From the NCBI GenBank assembly GCA_965237955.1, contig OZ250169.1, positions 2,112,001-2,176,000 of the forward strand: a stretch of DNA of 64,000 nucleotides. Direction: 5' to 3'. Source of the DNA: Candidatus Marinacidobacterales bacterium (GTDB lineage: Bacteria; Acidobacteriota; Vicinamibacteria; Marinacidobacterales; SMYC01). Shown one piece after another: positions 1 to 10,106 of the stretch. Position numbers and translations under genes: made by a program. The notes under the pieces were generated by a model. That model was not told the DNA's origin. It searched no databases and saw nothing but the letters and a program-made list of their open reading frames with translations. Position 1 is the stretch's first letter; each line of letters opens with the position of its first letter.

Positions 1-291
1 TCGCACCGGGTGGACTCGTGAGGCACGGAGAGCCGGAAGGAAGGTCGCGAAGAAGGCGACCGCGACCAACGTCGCGGTCACGGCGACAATGAACCTGGGA
101 TCGATCGCGTCGTCACCGCTGTTCTCGTACGGGAAGGATTTGAACAGGAACCCGTTAGCGACACTGAAGGTCACGGTGTTGGCCGAGATGCCGAAGGCCA
201 ACGAGATAGCCGCCACCGCCATAACCATGGGCGCTTTTCCCATCATCCGTAGACCGTAGCGGAGATCATGGATGATGTCGAAGTCTGACAT
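1..291 (-). pseudogene. Internally deleted ADOP/MacB-FtsX-type ABC permease (runs off the window edge)
   Basis: Hand translation from ATG 291 (GGAGAG RBS upstream): MSDFDIIHDLRYGLRMMGKAP..LAFGISANTVTFSVANGFLFKSFPYE (family N-terminus) joined directly to DPRFIVAVTATLVAVAFFATFLPALRASRVHPVR (family C-terminus). Confidence 0.7.
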
Positions 292-415
292 GTACTCTCC
301 CGGTGAAACGAGACCCTGACAGGCAACACGTTTCCAAGGCCGAGAAGGTTCAGCGCCTTTGACGGCCCGCGCGCCACGCGGTAAGTATACAAGGGCATTT
401 CAAAGGAGACTGCCG

Positions 416-1732
416 ATGTTTATCCTAACCGCCGCCTTCCCGCTCCTGCTCCTCTGCCTCGCGTGTGCCGGCGAATCACCGGATCCGGAGCCCGAAACCG
501 TCTCGAGTGAGCTCGTGCCGGGCGCCGCTCGCGCGCCGAGCTGCGATCCCGCCAGTGACGATCTCACGCTGCCGGAGGGTTTCTGCGCCACCGTGTTCGC
601 GGAAGACCTCGGCCGCGGCCGCCACCTCGCGGTGACGGACGACGGTATCGTCTACGTCGCGCTTCGGGAGGGCGAGAACGGAGGTGTCGTCGCGCTCCGC
701 GACAATGACGGCGATGGTCGAGCCGACGATCAGGCTCAGTTCGGCGATCACTATGGAACCGGTGTCGAGGTCCACGAGGGCCATCTCTATTTCGGCACCA
801 ACATTGCGATCGTGCGCTATACGTTGACGCCCGGCCAGCTCGAGCCCGAAGGCGACTACGTTCCCTGGATCGACGGATTTCCCGAGCAGAGTCAACACGC
901 GGTCAAGCCGATGACGTTCGACGACGAGGGCAACATTTACGTGAACGTGGGCGGCCCCTCCAATGCATGCATGGAGGAGACGCGCACCGAAGGCTCTCCG
1001 GGTCAAAACCCCTGCCCTCATCGCGACTGGCAAGCTTCGATCTGGCGTTTCAAGAACGATCGTGGCGGGCAAAATCAGCGCTCCGATGGATACCGCTACG
1101 CGAGCGGCATTCGGAACTCCGTGGCCATCGCGTGGGATCCTGCGTCGAAGAGCGTTTTCGTGTCCCAGCACGGACGTGACTCGCTCGACACGCTCTGGCC
1201 CGATCTCTTTACCGCCGAGCAGAGCCGGGACAATCCCGCGGAGGAGTTCTTCAAACTCACCGACGGCGACGACTACATGTGGCCCTATTGCTATTGGGAC
1301 ACCGCGCTCGACAAGAAAATCCTCACGCCCGAATACGGTGGTGACGGCTCGAAAGTCGGTGACTGCGATATGGCTCCCGACACCTTGGTGGCCTTCCCCG
1401 CGCATTGGGGGCCGAACGATTTACTGTTCTACACCGGAGAGCAGTTTCCCGAGCGCTATCGCGGCGGCGCGTTCATCGCATTCCATGGATCATGGAACCG
1501 GGCGCCGTTTCCGCAAGGCGGCTACAACGTCGTGTTCGTTCCCATGCGTGACGGCGCGGTCACCGGTGATTGGGAAACGTTCGCGGATGGTTTCAAGGGC
1601 GAAGAGCAGTTGATGAGTCCTCGCGATGCGACCTACCGTCCCACCGGACTCGCGCAAGGTCCGGATGGATCGATGTACATCTCGGACTCGGTGACGGGCC
1701 GAATCTGGCGCGTCGTCTACACGGGGAGTTGA
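416..1732 (+). CDS. PQQ-dependent sugar/sorbosone dehydrogenase family beta-propeller lipoprotein
   Basis: GIRNSVAIAW, FPAHWGP, AFIAFHGSWNR, RPTGLAQGPDGSMYISD motifs; lipobox-like CLAC; start moved to ATG 416 after AGGAG. Confidence 0.85.
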   Translation: MFILTAAFPLLLLCLACAGESPDPEPETVSSELVPGAARAPSCDPASDDLTLPEGFCATVFAEDLGRGRHLAVTDDGIVYVALREGENGGVVALRDNDGDGRADDQAQFGDHYGTGVEVHEGHLYFGTNIAIVRYTLTPGQLEPEGDYVPWIDGFPEQSQHAVKPMTFDDEGNIYVNVGGPSNACMEETRTEGSPGQNPCPHRDWQASIWRFKNDRGGQNQRSDGYRYASGIRNSVAIAWDPASKSVFVSQHGRDSLDTLWPDLFTAEQSRDNPAEEFFKLTDGDDYMWPYCYWDTALDKKILTPEYGGDGSKVGDCDMAPDTLVAFPAHWGPNDLLFYTGEQFPERYRGGAFIAFHGSWNRAPFPQGGYNVVFVPMRDGAVTGDWETFADGFKGEEQLMSPRDATYRPTGLAQGPDGSMYISDSVTGRIWRVVYTGS

Positions 1733-1735
1733 CGC

Positions 1736-2073
1736 ATGACTGATCAAGGCTGGGCTCGGATGTTCGCCCGCGTGATGGTGGGCATTGGGTGATGGAAATG
1801 CTTCGAGCTTACGCCAATGGCACACGCGCGCGATACCGGTCGTCGAGCTCGTTGCCGGAGCGCTCCTCATCGTCGGCTGGCGCACACGCGAAGCGCTCGT
1901 CACCATTGGTTTCGTCTTGCTCATCGTGACCTACGGCCACGCACTAGACGAACCGCTCTACAGCATCCAAGGTCACATGCTGCTGCGCGGAGTCTGATGT
2001 TGATAGCCCTGGTTTTGCATCCGAAGAGGACAAGCTGTCCGTGGATTCCTGGCGGTTGCGCAGAGCTACTTGA
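1736..2073 (+). pseudogene. DoxX family membrane protein, degraded
   Basis: Pieces in different frames: MTDQGWARMFARVMVGIG*WKCFELTPMAHAR / IPVVELVAGALLIVGWRTREAL..GHALDEPLY / SEEDKLSVDSW; in-frame stop and frameshifts. Confidence 0.7.
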
Positions 2074-2461
2074 TGTAGTAGCCCGACACTCGCCAGCGGC
2101 CGTCGGAATCCATCATCGGTGTGATGGTCTCTATTGCGCTCTTTTTGTTCTCGAACGTCGTGTCGTATTGGATCAGGACGTAGCGCCCGTCGGGTGCTCC
2201 AGGTAGCGTCTCAGCGTACGTACGCGATTTTACGGTGCGCGAAACGAGCTTGCCCAGCGGACTACGTGCAGAGGCGATGCTCCGCCCCCAATCGTCCTTC
2301 GTCACGGCGGTTTTCACGAGCGACGCTGCTTCCTCCCAGCTCTCGTCGTAGCGCCCTTCGTCAACGAGGTCCAGCCACGCCTCCACACTCTTTTGCGCAG
2401 CATCCTCGGCATCTTGAACGGGCGCGGCGCCCACTAACAACACAAGCAACAAATACATCAT
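2066..2461 (-). CDS. DUF4019 domain exported protein
   Basis: WLDLVDEGRYDESW, LPGAPDGRYVLIQYDTTFENK..AIETITPM..DGRWRVSGYYIK signature; signal peptide. Confidence 0.85.
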   Translation of the reverse strand: MMYLLLVLLVGAAPVQDAEDAAQKSVEAWLDLVDEGRYDESWEEAASLVKTAVTKDDWGRSIASARSPLGKLVSRTVKSRTYAETLPGAPDGRYVLIQYDTTFENKKSAIETITPMMDSDGRWRVSGYYIK

Positions 2462-2466
2462 CTACT

Positions 2467-3159
2467 TCACCCCACGAACTTATAGCCGAGCCGGTGCACG
2501 GTGACGACGTATTGAGGGCGAGAGGGATTTTCTTCGATCTTTTGACGGAGACCCGACACGTGTACATCGACGGTGCGTGAATACGGCATAGCCTCGTAGC
2601 CCCACACGCGGTTCAATAGCTCGTCGCGACTGAGCGCGGCCCCACGGTGCTCGATGAAATAGCGCAACAGCTTGAACTCGAGCGCGGACAAGTCTACCGA
2701 CTCGCCGTGGCGGGTCACTTCCGCCCTTCGAAAATCGACTTCGATGGCACCGAAACGAAAACGCTCCGGGGCGTCGTCATCGCGAGCCGGCGTACGCCTG
2801 AGGAGCGCGTCCACGCGAGCGGTCAGCTCCAGCATGTCAAACGGCTTCGTCAGATAATCATCACCACCCAGCTTCAAGCCGACCACCTTGTCCGTCAATT
2901 CACCGCGCGCGGTGAGAAACAAAACCGGCACTTCTAATCCATTCTGCCGGAGCTCGCGGCATACGTCGAATCCGTTCTTGCCCGGAAGCATGACGTCCCG
3001 GATCACCAAGTCGAAAGGCTCTTTCAAGGCTTTCACCACGGCAGCGTCGCCGTCCGTAACCGCATCAACGACATAGCCTTCCGCCTTCAGCCGATCGGTG
3101 AGCGTGAGAACGAGACCGGGCTCGTCTTCGACCAGGAGGATACGCTTGGGCGCCGGCAT
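2467..3159 (-). CDS. OmpR/PhoB family response regulator
   Basis: Receiver (LLVEDE, DVMLPG, FLTA, DYLTKPF) plus winged helix (SRTVDVHVSGLRQKIE). Confidence 0.95.
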   Translation of the reverse strand: MPAPKRILLVEDEPGLVLTLTDRLKAEGYVVDAVTDGDAAVVKALKEPFDLVIRDVMLPGKNGFDVCRELRQNGLEVPVLFLTARGELTDKVVGLKLGGDDYLTKPFDMLELTARVDALLRRTPARDDDAPERFRFGAIEVDFRRAEVTRHGESVDLSALEFKLLRYFIEHRGAALSRDELLNRVWGYEAMPYSRTVDVHVSGLRQKIEENPSRPQYVVTVHRLGYKFVG

Positions 3160-3183
3160 CTCAGTCCTTAATCCCCGGGCATC

Positions 3184-4848
3184 TTAGTCTTGGGCTGGAA
3201 GATATAGTGTAAACTGGCTTCCCTTCCCTGGAGTCGACTCTACCTCGACACTGCCACCGTGCTCTCTCGCGACATGGTCGACGAGACTCAAACCCAGACC
3301 GCTCCCCGGTACTTGCCGATCGTGAGCACGGCTTCCGCGATAGAACGGTTCGAACAGATGGATTCGGTCTTCCTCGGAGATACCGGGACCGCGATCGGTC
3401 ACGACGATGGCAATCTTCGAGCCCCGGGGCTCGGCGAGAATCTCGACGGCGTTTCCATCTCCATCGCCGCCGTGTTTGATCGCGTTCATAATAATGTTAC
3501 TGACGGCGCGCCGCATCGCATCCGGATCGCCGAACAAGGTGGCGCCCTTCGACGGAAAGCTCGTCGTGATAGGGACGCTGCGTTCCTCCCGAAGGCTCTC
3601 GCAATCCGCCAGGGCGTCGGCGACGAGCGAGCTGGCCAACACGGGTTCACGGCGGTAGCGCCGTTTCTGCGATTGGATACCGGCGAGCGCGAGTACTTGG
3701 TCCACGAGCTCGTTGAGCCGTCGACCTTCCGAGTCGATGAGCGATCCGTATCGTTTGACCTGAGCAGGGTCGCTCACCGATCCGTCCGCTAGATTTTGGC
3801 CCGCCGAGCGCAACACCGCGACCGGCGTGCGTAGCTCGTGCGACACACCGGCGACGAACTCCATCTTGCGATCGTTGAGCTCGGTAGCGCGCCGCGTGGA
3901 CACCGCGACGAGACCGATGCTCGCCGCGAGAAGCCCGAGAATTCCAAAGCTCACCATGAGGTTGCGCGTGCGGGCGCTCGCGACAAAAGCCTCGAGTGAG
4001 CCCGCGCGGTGTCGGACGAAAACTTCCCAAGAACCCACTCCGAGCCGTTCGCGGGCTTCGACGAGCTCGGGCGGGAGACGTCGTCGCTCCCTACGTCGCG
4101 GAGGCCTTCCGATGAAACGCCCGAGCGAGAACAGCTCTCCGCGCGCATCCGCCCGTGCATCCAGACCCATGGTCGCGTCACCGTCCGCGGTCGCGAAAAA
4201 GACATACCCGTGACCATCGACGACGGCAACGTCGTAGTCGGATCCAAAATGACGCTCTGCGAGCTCGGGGAAGATCGTTTCGCGGAGCGTTGCCGAGTCG
4301 AGCGTTGCGAGGATATAGCCCGAAACGGAGAACCCGGCCCAGCGCGCTTCGCGTGACGCGATCGGAATCGCAACGACGGGCGGCTCACCCGACAGAACCG
4401 GAAACGGGAACGGCGGTCCGCCGCGTCGTCCTCGCTCGACTCCGCGGCCCCAACCAATCAACTGTTCGCGCACTCGTTCGAACGCTTGGGGCCACTCGAT
4501 GGGGACGAGCTTATGGGGCGCACCCACACTATCGAGCTTCGAGAGCGCCCCGTCCGCGTCGCAGAAATAGATGGCGCTCACGAGCTCGGGATAGCGCGCC
4601 TCGTCGCGATAGCGCTCGAGCCGAGAGCCAAGCTCATCCACTCGCTCGGCGCGGAAGAACTGGAAGAGAAGCAAGGCCTCGTCGTCGACGTCGCCCGCAA
4701 AACGGCGCACCGACGATTGGAGGCTCGCTTGCATCCGCTCTTGCTCGGCAACGCTGACTTGTCCCGTCCACCGAAACTGGAGCCATGCCAGGACCGCGAG
4801 GAGCACCAGCAATAGAACCGGCCAGAGCATCCCGCGGAAGCGCGTCAT
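3184..4848 (-). CDS. Membrane sensor histidine kinase
   Basis: Two TM segments; H box VSHELRTP, N box NIIMNAIKH, G boxes DRGPGI and GSGLGL. Confidence 0.95.
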   Translation of the reverse strand: MTRFRGMLWPVLLLVLLAVLAWLQFRWTGQVSVAEQERMQASLQSSVRRFAGDVDDEALLLFQFFRAERVDELGSRLERYRDEARYPELVSAIYFCDADGALSKLDSVGAPHKLVPIEWPQAFERVREQLIGWGRGVERGRRGGPPFPFPVLSGEPPVVAIPIASREARWAGFSVSGYILATLDSATLRETIFPELAERHFGSDYDVAVVDGHGYVFFATADGDATMGLDARADARGELFSLGRFIGRPPRRRERRRLPPELVEARERLGVGSWEVFVRHRAGSLEAFVASARTRNLMVSFGILGLLAASIGLVAVSTRRATELNDRKMEFVAGVSHELRTPVAVLRSAGQNLADGSVSDPAQVKRYGSLIDSEGRRLNELVDQVLALAGIQSQKRRYRREPVLASSLVADALADCESLREERSVPITTSFPSKGATLFGDPDAMRRAVSNIIMNAIKHGGDGDGNAVEILAEPRGSKIAIVVTDRGPGISEEDRIHLFEPFYRGSRAHDRQVPGSGLGLSLVDHVAREHGGSVEVESTPGKGSQFTLYLPAQD

Positions 4849-4898
4849 GTCTCCATTCTAACGGTACACGGGTCAACGCGTTACGCCGCACCGCGAGC

Positions 4899-4926
4899 TT
4901 TTACATCCTTTACACAACCTTTTCAC
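4899..4926. promoter_or_regulatory. Candidate OmpR/CpxR-type direct-repeat operator
   Basis: TTTAC at 4900 and 4909 plus TTTTCAC at 4920 (GTAAA-N4-GTAAA on minus strand) in the divergent kinase/Spy intergenic region. Confidence 0.45.
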
Positions 4927-4997
4927 CGGCTTGATAACTCCCAAGACTCGGTTCGCTAATATAGGTCTGTGGAAAGCACCTGATTAGGAGGACGACA

Positions 4998-5519
4998 ATG
5001 ACAATGCCAAGACAGAACATCACGACCAAACTGCTATGGACCGCGCTCGTTGACAGCATGCTCGTGGTTCCCCTGACGCTTTCCGCAAGCATTCAGCCCG
5101 AAGGGCGCCGAGGCTTCCGCGGGGATCGCGGAGGAAGCGGGCGCGCGATCTTTCACGAGTTGGACCTCAGTAAAGATCAGCGCGAGCAGATGCGCGCGCT
5201 CCGCCAAGGCCAGCACGGGATGCCGCGCGACATTTTCGAGCGTTTGACCGAGCGGCGTAACGCGCTCAACGAAGCGGTCGACAACGGCGCGGACGAGGCC
5301 GCCATCCGTCAGCTCGCGTACGAATGTGGAGAGGCGGAAGGCGATGCTGCTGTCGAGCGTGCTCGGATGCACGCGCAGATGATGGAGATCCTCACCGAGG
5401 AGCAGCGAGAGCAGTACCTAGCGTTCAAGGAAGAGCAGAAGCAAAAGAGGGAACAGCGCCGCAAGCGCAAGCAAGAGCGCATGGAAAATCGTCGCAACCG
5501 AAATCCCGACTCCTTCTGA
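4998..5519 (+). CDS. Spy/CpxP family periplasmic chaperone
   Basis: Signal peptide; LDLSKDQREQM and ILTEEQREQY (LTxxQ-type motifs); AGGAGG RBS. Confidence 0.8.
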   Translation: MTMPRQNITTKLLWTALVDSMLVVPLTLSASIQPEGRRGFRGDRGGSGRAIFHELDLSKDQREQMRALRQGQHGMPRDIFERLTERRNALNEAVDNGADEAAIRQLAYECGEAEGDAAVERARMHAQMMEILTEEQREQYLAFKEEQKQKREQRRKRKQERMENRRNRNPDSF

Positions 5520-5596
5520 GTGGCGGCGAAGGAGATGCCGTACCGCCTCGCTTTCCCGACGTACACCTACCGTGGGGCGGTACGGTTTCTCTGAAT

Positions 5597-5622
5597 CAGC
5601 ATTCAGCATCCAGCATTCGGTT
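5597..5622 (+). repeat. CAT(C/T)CAG heptamer array, single arm
   Basis: cag-cattcag-catccag-cattcgg-tt. Confidence 0.7.
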
Positions 5623-5653
5623 GCTGACGACTTGGGACAAGGAGAGGTTTGAG

Positions 5654-6259
5654 ATGAGTTTAGCGTTGAGCTTCGTTTGTTGCGCTGTATGGGCGATGAT
5701 GCCGGGGCAGGACGGTGTCGGGTTCAGCGGGGTTTGGGAGAGGAACATCGAGCAGAGCGACGACCCTCAGGAGAAGATGCAGGAGGCGATGGAGCAGATG
5801 CGGGAACGGATGGGCCGTCGGGGTGGTGGTGGCTCCGGCGGTGGTGGACGTCCACCCGGAGGAGGCGGACGGCCTGGAGGCATGGGCGATGGTCGTGGCG
5901 GCCGGGGAGAAGGCGGGGCTCGGCCGGATCTCGGCAACGTCCCCGACGAGCTCACCGTGGAGCTTTTGAACGACGAGCTTCGAATCGACGACGGAGAGCG
6001 ACTGCGGATTTACTACCTGGACGGTGAAAAGCACAAGCGAGAAATGGCGAACGGCATGAAGCTCGAGACCGTGGCCGAGCTCAAAGGAAACGCCGTCTTC
6101 ATCGAAGAAAAAATGGAGCGCGGGAAGCTAGACCGCAAATTCGAGCTCTCGCCCGACGGCGGAACGATGGTTGTGACCTTGACCGTCAAGTTTGGCCGGA
6201 TGAAGGATCCGGTCATCATCAAAACGGTTTACGAAAGGGCTTCGGAAATCTCGTACTAG
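5654..6259 (+). CDS. Exported hypothetical protein with Gly/Arg-rich linker
   Basis: ATG 5654 after AAGGAGAGG; signal peptide; FSGVWERNIEQSDD start and beta-rich C-terminus (FELSPDGGTMVVTLT). Confidence 0.7.
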   Translation: MSLALSFVCCAVWAMMPGQDGVGFSGVWERNIEQSDDPQEKMQEAMEQMRERMGRRGGGGSGGGGRPPGGGGRPGGMGDGRGGRGEGGARPDLGNVPDELTVELLNDELRIDDGERLRIYYLDGEKHKREMANGMKLETVAELKGNAVFIEEKMERGKLDRKFELSPDGGTMVVTLTVKFGRMKDPVIIKTVYERASEISY

Positions 6260-6271
6260 CGGGGCGGGGTG

Positions 6272-6553
6272 TCAAGCTCCTGCGGCTTCTTTTTCGGCTT
6301 TCTTTTTCTCTTCTTCTTCGGCCTCTTCGATGGCCAGCTTCTCGTCGTCGGTGAGAACGTCCATCAGCTCCCACGCCTGCTTCTGCGGGCCTGGGACCAT
6401 ACCAGCGATATCCGGGTCTTCTCCGTCCACGCTCTCGACCTTGACACGGTCCGCGCTTTTCTGGACGCGTCGTTCCGCTTTGACGCGTTGTTTTTCCTGA
6501 CGCGCCCGCTCCTTCTGACGTTTGATGAACGTCTGTCGACTACGATTGGCCAA
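6272..6553 (-). CDS. Small charged hypothetical protein
   Basis: TTG 6553 after GGAG; ANRSRQTFIKRQKERARQEKQ..EDPDIAGMVPGPQ reads like a real conserved small protein. Confidence 0.65.
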   Translation of the reverse strand: MANRSRQTFIKRQKERARQEKQRVKAERRVQKSADRVKVESVDGEDPDIAGMVPGPQKQAWELMDVLTDDEKLAIEEAEEEEKKKAEKEAAGA

Positions 6554-6689
6554 AGGCAAATCTCCTGGTTTCAGGGTACTGTGGCAAAACGCCCGGGAAA
6601 CACCATGGTGACAAAGCCCACTGCACGAAGGCGTTAGCCAGAAAACGTATTTTAGTACAGCGGAGAGGCCTCGGCAAGACCGCCGGGAA

Positions 6690-6941
6690 TCAACTTGGAG
6701 AGCCCTCGATAAGGCCTTCGAGGGGCTTCTCCTCGGCGCCATGCTCCGTACAGACACCGTAGACGGTCTCTCCGGACGCGTACATGGCGACGCCGGCGTA
6801 CTCGCCCATTTTATTGAGGATGAAAAAGCGCAAATTGAACGCCGGCAGAGCTCGGTCGTTCAGGAGCCGCTTCTCGACCGTGTTAGCCTGCACACGTCTA
6901 AGTGCTTCCAACGGCTCGATTTGGGCCGATGCGATCTTCAC
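6690..6941 (-). pseudogene. C-terminal remnant of glycosylasparaginase (Ntn hydrolase)
   Basis: LEALRRVQANTVEKRLLND..FNLRFFILNKMGEYAGVAM..VCTEHG resembles the enzyme C-terminus; upstream part missing, cut next to a REP-like element. Confidence 0.55.
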
Positions 6942-6949
6942 CGACTACT

Positions 6950-7011
6950 CCGACCAGCCTTCGCGCAAGGCTACGGCTGGCCCGCCGAAGCTACCAGCGA
7001 AGGCGGGTCGG
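6950..7011. repeat. REP-like palindrome (GCTACGGC family)
   Basis: ccgaccagccttcgc..gcgaaggcgggtcgg inverted arms with internal ggctacggc; related copy at 27484-27580. Confidence 0.7.
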
Positions 7012-7118
7012 CTCCTCGAGGTGCTGGGCAACAGGTAAACGGCGGTGAAGGGGTCATCGTAAATCGAGCACGGTTTTTCCGATCAGGCGACACGCCTCTT
7101 GCGGGCACCGGTGCGAAA

Positions 7119-7150
7119 TGAACTGAATGCTGGATGCTGGATGCCGAGTT
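7119..7150 (-). repeat. CAT(C/T)CAG heptamer array, single arm
   Basis: Reverse complement of 7119-7146 equals 18330-18357 (28 nt identical). Confidence 0.8.
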
Positions 7151-7194
7151 GCGCAGCAGCTCCTTCCCACTCTATTCTTCCATCGAGGTAACGC

Positions 7195-7911
7195 TTGGAA
7201 CTTTCTTTCGACACCGTCACGCTTGGGCTCATCTGGTTCGTCGTGTTCTTGTTCTCGACGACGTGCCACGAGGGCGCACACGCTTTCGTCGCCAAGCTGG
7301 GGGGCGACCCGACGGCAAGCGGCCAGATCACGTTCAATCCACTTCCTCACGTGCAGCGAGAACCCTTCGGCATGGTGGCAGTGCCCATCATCTCCTATGT
7401 CCTCGGTGGCTGGATGATGGGTTGGGCGAGCGCACCGTACGATCCCCTCTGGGCCTACCGACATCCCCACCGCGCCGCGCGCATGGCGCTCGCCGGTCCG
7501 GCCGCGAATTTCACCCTGATGTTGATCGGCGCCGCCGCCATCCGTATCGGGATCGCGGTTGGCACGTTTCAGGCGCCGGCAACGGTGACGTTCACACGCA
7601 TCACCGAAGCCACCGATCCGTCGGGTATCGGCTCGCTTCTCGCGATCTTTTTCAGCGTGCTCTTCATGCTGAATTTGATCCTGGGGGCGTTCAATTTGCT
7701 GCCGGTGCCACCCCTGGACGGCAACGTCGGCGTCACCATCATGATGTCCGAAGATCGGGCTCGCAGTTTCCTGGATCTGTTCCGTCAACCCGGTTTCGGG
7801 ATGATGGGTATCGTGATCGCCTGGGTTTTGTTCGGACGCATCTTCAGCGTGATCTGGACCGTTGCGTTGAACGTGCTCTATACGGGCATCACGACCTACG
7901 GGTCGTTCTAG
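7195..7911 (+). CDS. Site-2 protease (peptidase M50)
   Basis: HEGAH, ALAGPAAN, FNLLPVPPLDG motifs. Confidence 0.93.
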   Translation: MELSFDTVTLGLIWFVVFLFSTTCHEGAHAFVAKLGGDPTASGQITFNPLPHVQREPFGMVAVPIISYVLGGWMMGWASAPYDPLWAYRHPHRAARMALAGPAANFTLMLIGAAAIRIGIAVGTFQAPATVTFTRITEATDPSGIGSLLAIFFSVLFMLNLILGAFNLLPVPPLDGNVGVTIMMSEDRARSFLDLFRQPGFGMMGIVIAWVLFGRIFSVIWTVALNVLYTGITTYGSF

Positions 7912-7920
7912 CGCTTGCGC

Positions 7921-8799
7921 TTACGCGTGACGCTGGACGAAGTAAGAGCCGATCACCACGAGTAGCGCTCCCAAGTAGAGCTCGGGGCCGATGGGCTCGC
8001 CGAGAACGACGAAGCTGAGCGCCACCCCGAAAAGCGGCTGGGTAAGGTACACCGTCGACACCCGTGAAGGCGGGAAGTGTTTGAGAAGCCACGTCTGCAG
8101 CACGAAGGCAAAGCCGGCGATGAGAACGCCCTGATAGACGAGCGCAATCGCGAGTCTCGAGGTGTATTGCGTGGGCTCGGGCTCGAACAAAACGCTCGCG
8201 ACGACGAAGCTCACGCCCCCGACGACCGCTTGGGACAACAAGAGCTTCTCGATGGCAATCCCTTGCGCCGAGCGCGACAACACGATCTGCCGCGCGCCCA
8301 AAAGGAGTGACGAAACGACGAGAAGGCCGTCACCGAGCAACGTCCCGGACTCGTCGCTTCCCAAGCTCCCACTGAAAACGACGACGACGCCCGCGTAAGC
8401 GACGAGCGCCCCGAGCAACCGCTTCACTGTCAGCGTGTCGCCGGCCACGAAGAAATGGGCGAACACCGCCGTCCACAGCGGATAAGCGCTCATCAGGACC
8501 ACGGCGTGGCCGGAGCTCGTGTGGTCTTGACCGATGTTCATGAACGCAAGCTGAGCGGAGAACAAAAGCCCGAGCCCGAGCAGTGCGCCTCGCTCGTGCC
8601 GTTCGACGCGAAGCGACTGACGACGAAGCAGCGCCGCCGCCAGGACGACGAGGCCACCGAGCGCGAACCGCATCCAACCGAGACGGAGCGGCGGGCAGTC
8701 TCTGAGCCCGGCTTTCAGTGCCACCGGGTTTCCACCCCAAAGGACAGAAAGCGATAGCGCAAGCGCGAGCGCGCCCTTCGTGAGTGTTTGATGTCTCAA
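7921..8799 (-). CDS. EamA/DMT family transporter
   Basis: About ten TM helices in two repeats; LWGGN..K, RF, LGEP motifs. Confidence 0.9.
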   Translation of the reverse strand: MRHQTLTKGALALALSLSVLWGGNPVALKAGLRDCPPLRLGWMRFALGGLVVLAAALLRRQSLRVERHERGALLGLGLLFSAQLAFMNIGQDHTSSGHAVVLMSAYPLWTAVFAHFFVAGDTLTVKRLLGALVAYAGVVVVFSGSLGSDESGTLLGDGLLVVSSLLLGARQIVLSRSAQGIAIEKLLLSQAVVGGVSFVVASVLFEPEPTQYTSRLAIALVYQGVLIAGFAFVLQTWLLKHFPPSRVSTVYLTQPLFGVALSFVVLGEPIGPELYLGALLVVIGSYFVQRHA

Positions 8800-8912
8800 C
8801 CGCGAGACATTTTATAGGATTCGTCCCGACATGCCCGCTTCTGACAGATTTCGCTGGTAATCCGGCGATAGCGGTGCCGAGTCGGGCGCCCTTAGAGTAA
8901 ATTTACGCACAG

Positions 8913-8984
8913 ATGGAGCCGCTACCCAAAGTTGTTCGCCGAGAGATTGACGGTGAAGCCGTTCTCGTTCGCTTCACGGACTAG
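8913..8984 (+). pseudogene. Possible PqqD/RRE family N-terminal remnant
   Basis: Hand translation MEPLPKVVRREIDGEAVLVRFTD*; VVRREIDGEAVL resembles PqqD strands. Confidence 0.35.
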
Positions 8985-10023
8985 CGCGCGATTCGTAGGC
9001 GTGAGTGGCTTGTGAGTGTAAGTGGACCCCTCGCTTGCCGCGGTTCGCTTCGACGAGTTTTCGCAGGTCGGTCGCTCGAATCCGGTTTTCCTTCCCTGGT
9101 AGGTCGCCAGCTTGGTTATGACGCCACAGTTGGCCGGCCGGCAGAGATCGAATCGTCTCGAGCGCTTTGTTGGGATCCGTTTGCTTGGCGGTACCTTCGG
9201 CAGTTCCTTAAGGGCGGAATCGTCCAGCAGACTGTTCACTACGCCGAGCGGCGTGTTGAGCTCATGAGCGAGGGCAGCGGCGAGGCGGCCCTGGGATGCG
9301 GCCACGCGCGAGACGAGTAGGCGCGATTGCGATTCTTGAAGACTCGAAAGCGCTTGTTGCATGACTTGGTTGGCCCGGAAGGCTCGCCGCCGCTGCGCAT
9401 ACATCAGCGAGCTGACACCGAGCGCGACGAGCGCGCCAAGCCCGGTGGTCATGGCATGACCCGCTCCGGGCTTCGCCGTGATGCCGAGCAAAGTCGGGCC
9501 GACGGTGGCCAGAGCAAAGTGCAGCATGGTCGTAGCCCCGGCGAGGACTAACGTATGCGTTGGCCGGAGGGGAAAGATGGCAACGATCGCGAGCATCACC
9601 AGGCAGAGCGTCCCGGGGAGATGATGGTCTTCTTCTGGGTGAACGGGAAGGTAGTACAAGACCGATACGATACATATCGAAGCCAACAGCAGGCCCAGCG
9701 CGACGGCCACCGGGCGCGCATGTTGCCGCGCTGTTTCTGAATACGACATCGCGTAGGCCAGAACCCCGGTCAGGGCCATGGCAACGTGACCCCATGGTCT
9801 TCCTGCCGTGGGGATTCCGATCACTTGTTCGAGTAGCAACACCCAAGCCACTGCTCCGACCAGCACGAGTCCGGCCACCCGAAACGCCGACTCCGCAAGA
9901 CCGGCGAACTCGGCCTGAAGCTCCGGGTCTTCTTTCGGTGGAAAAAAAACTTTGGGTGAGTTTGTCCCAGAAACTGAGTGGGGGACGCTGAGTCTCGGCG
10001 TAGAGGTATTGCCGCCAGCTCAT
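8922..10023 (-). pseudogene. Multi-TM sensor histidine kinase, frameshifted and truncated
   Basis: MSWRQYLY.. joins the 318-aa ORF if the A8 run at 9942-9949 is A7; H box LAHELNTPLG present, HATPase domain absent. Confidence 0.7.
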
Positions 10024-10106
10024 CGCGACACTCTAAGTCCGGGACCGGCAAGAGGGCAAGGGTGGAGCTGACTTTCCAACCTATCTTCTGCACCAGACGG
10101 GCGAAT

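Noticed and set aside
5810-5925. G-rich low-complexity stretch
   Set aside because: Simply encodes the Gly/Arg-rich linker of the exported protein.
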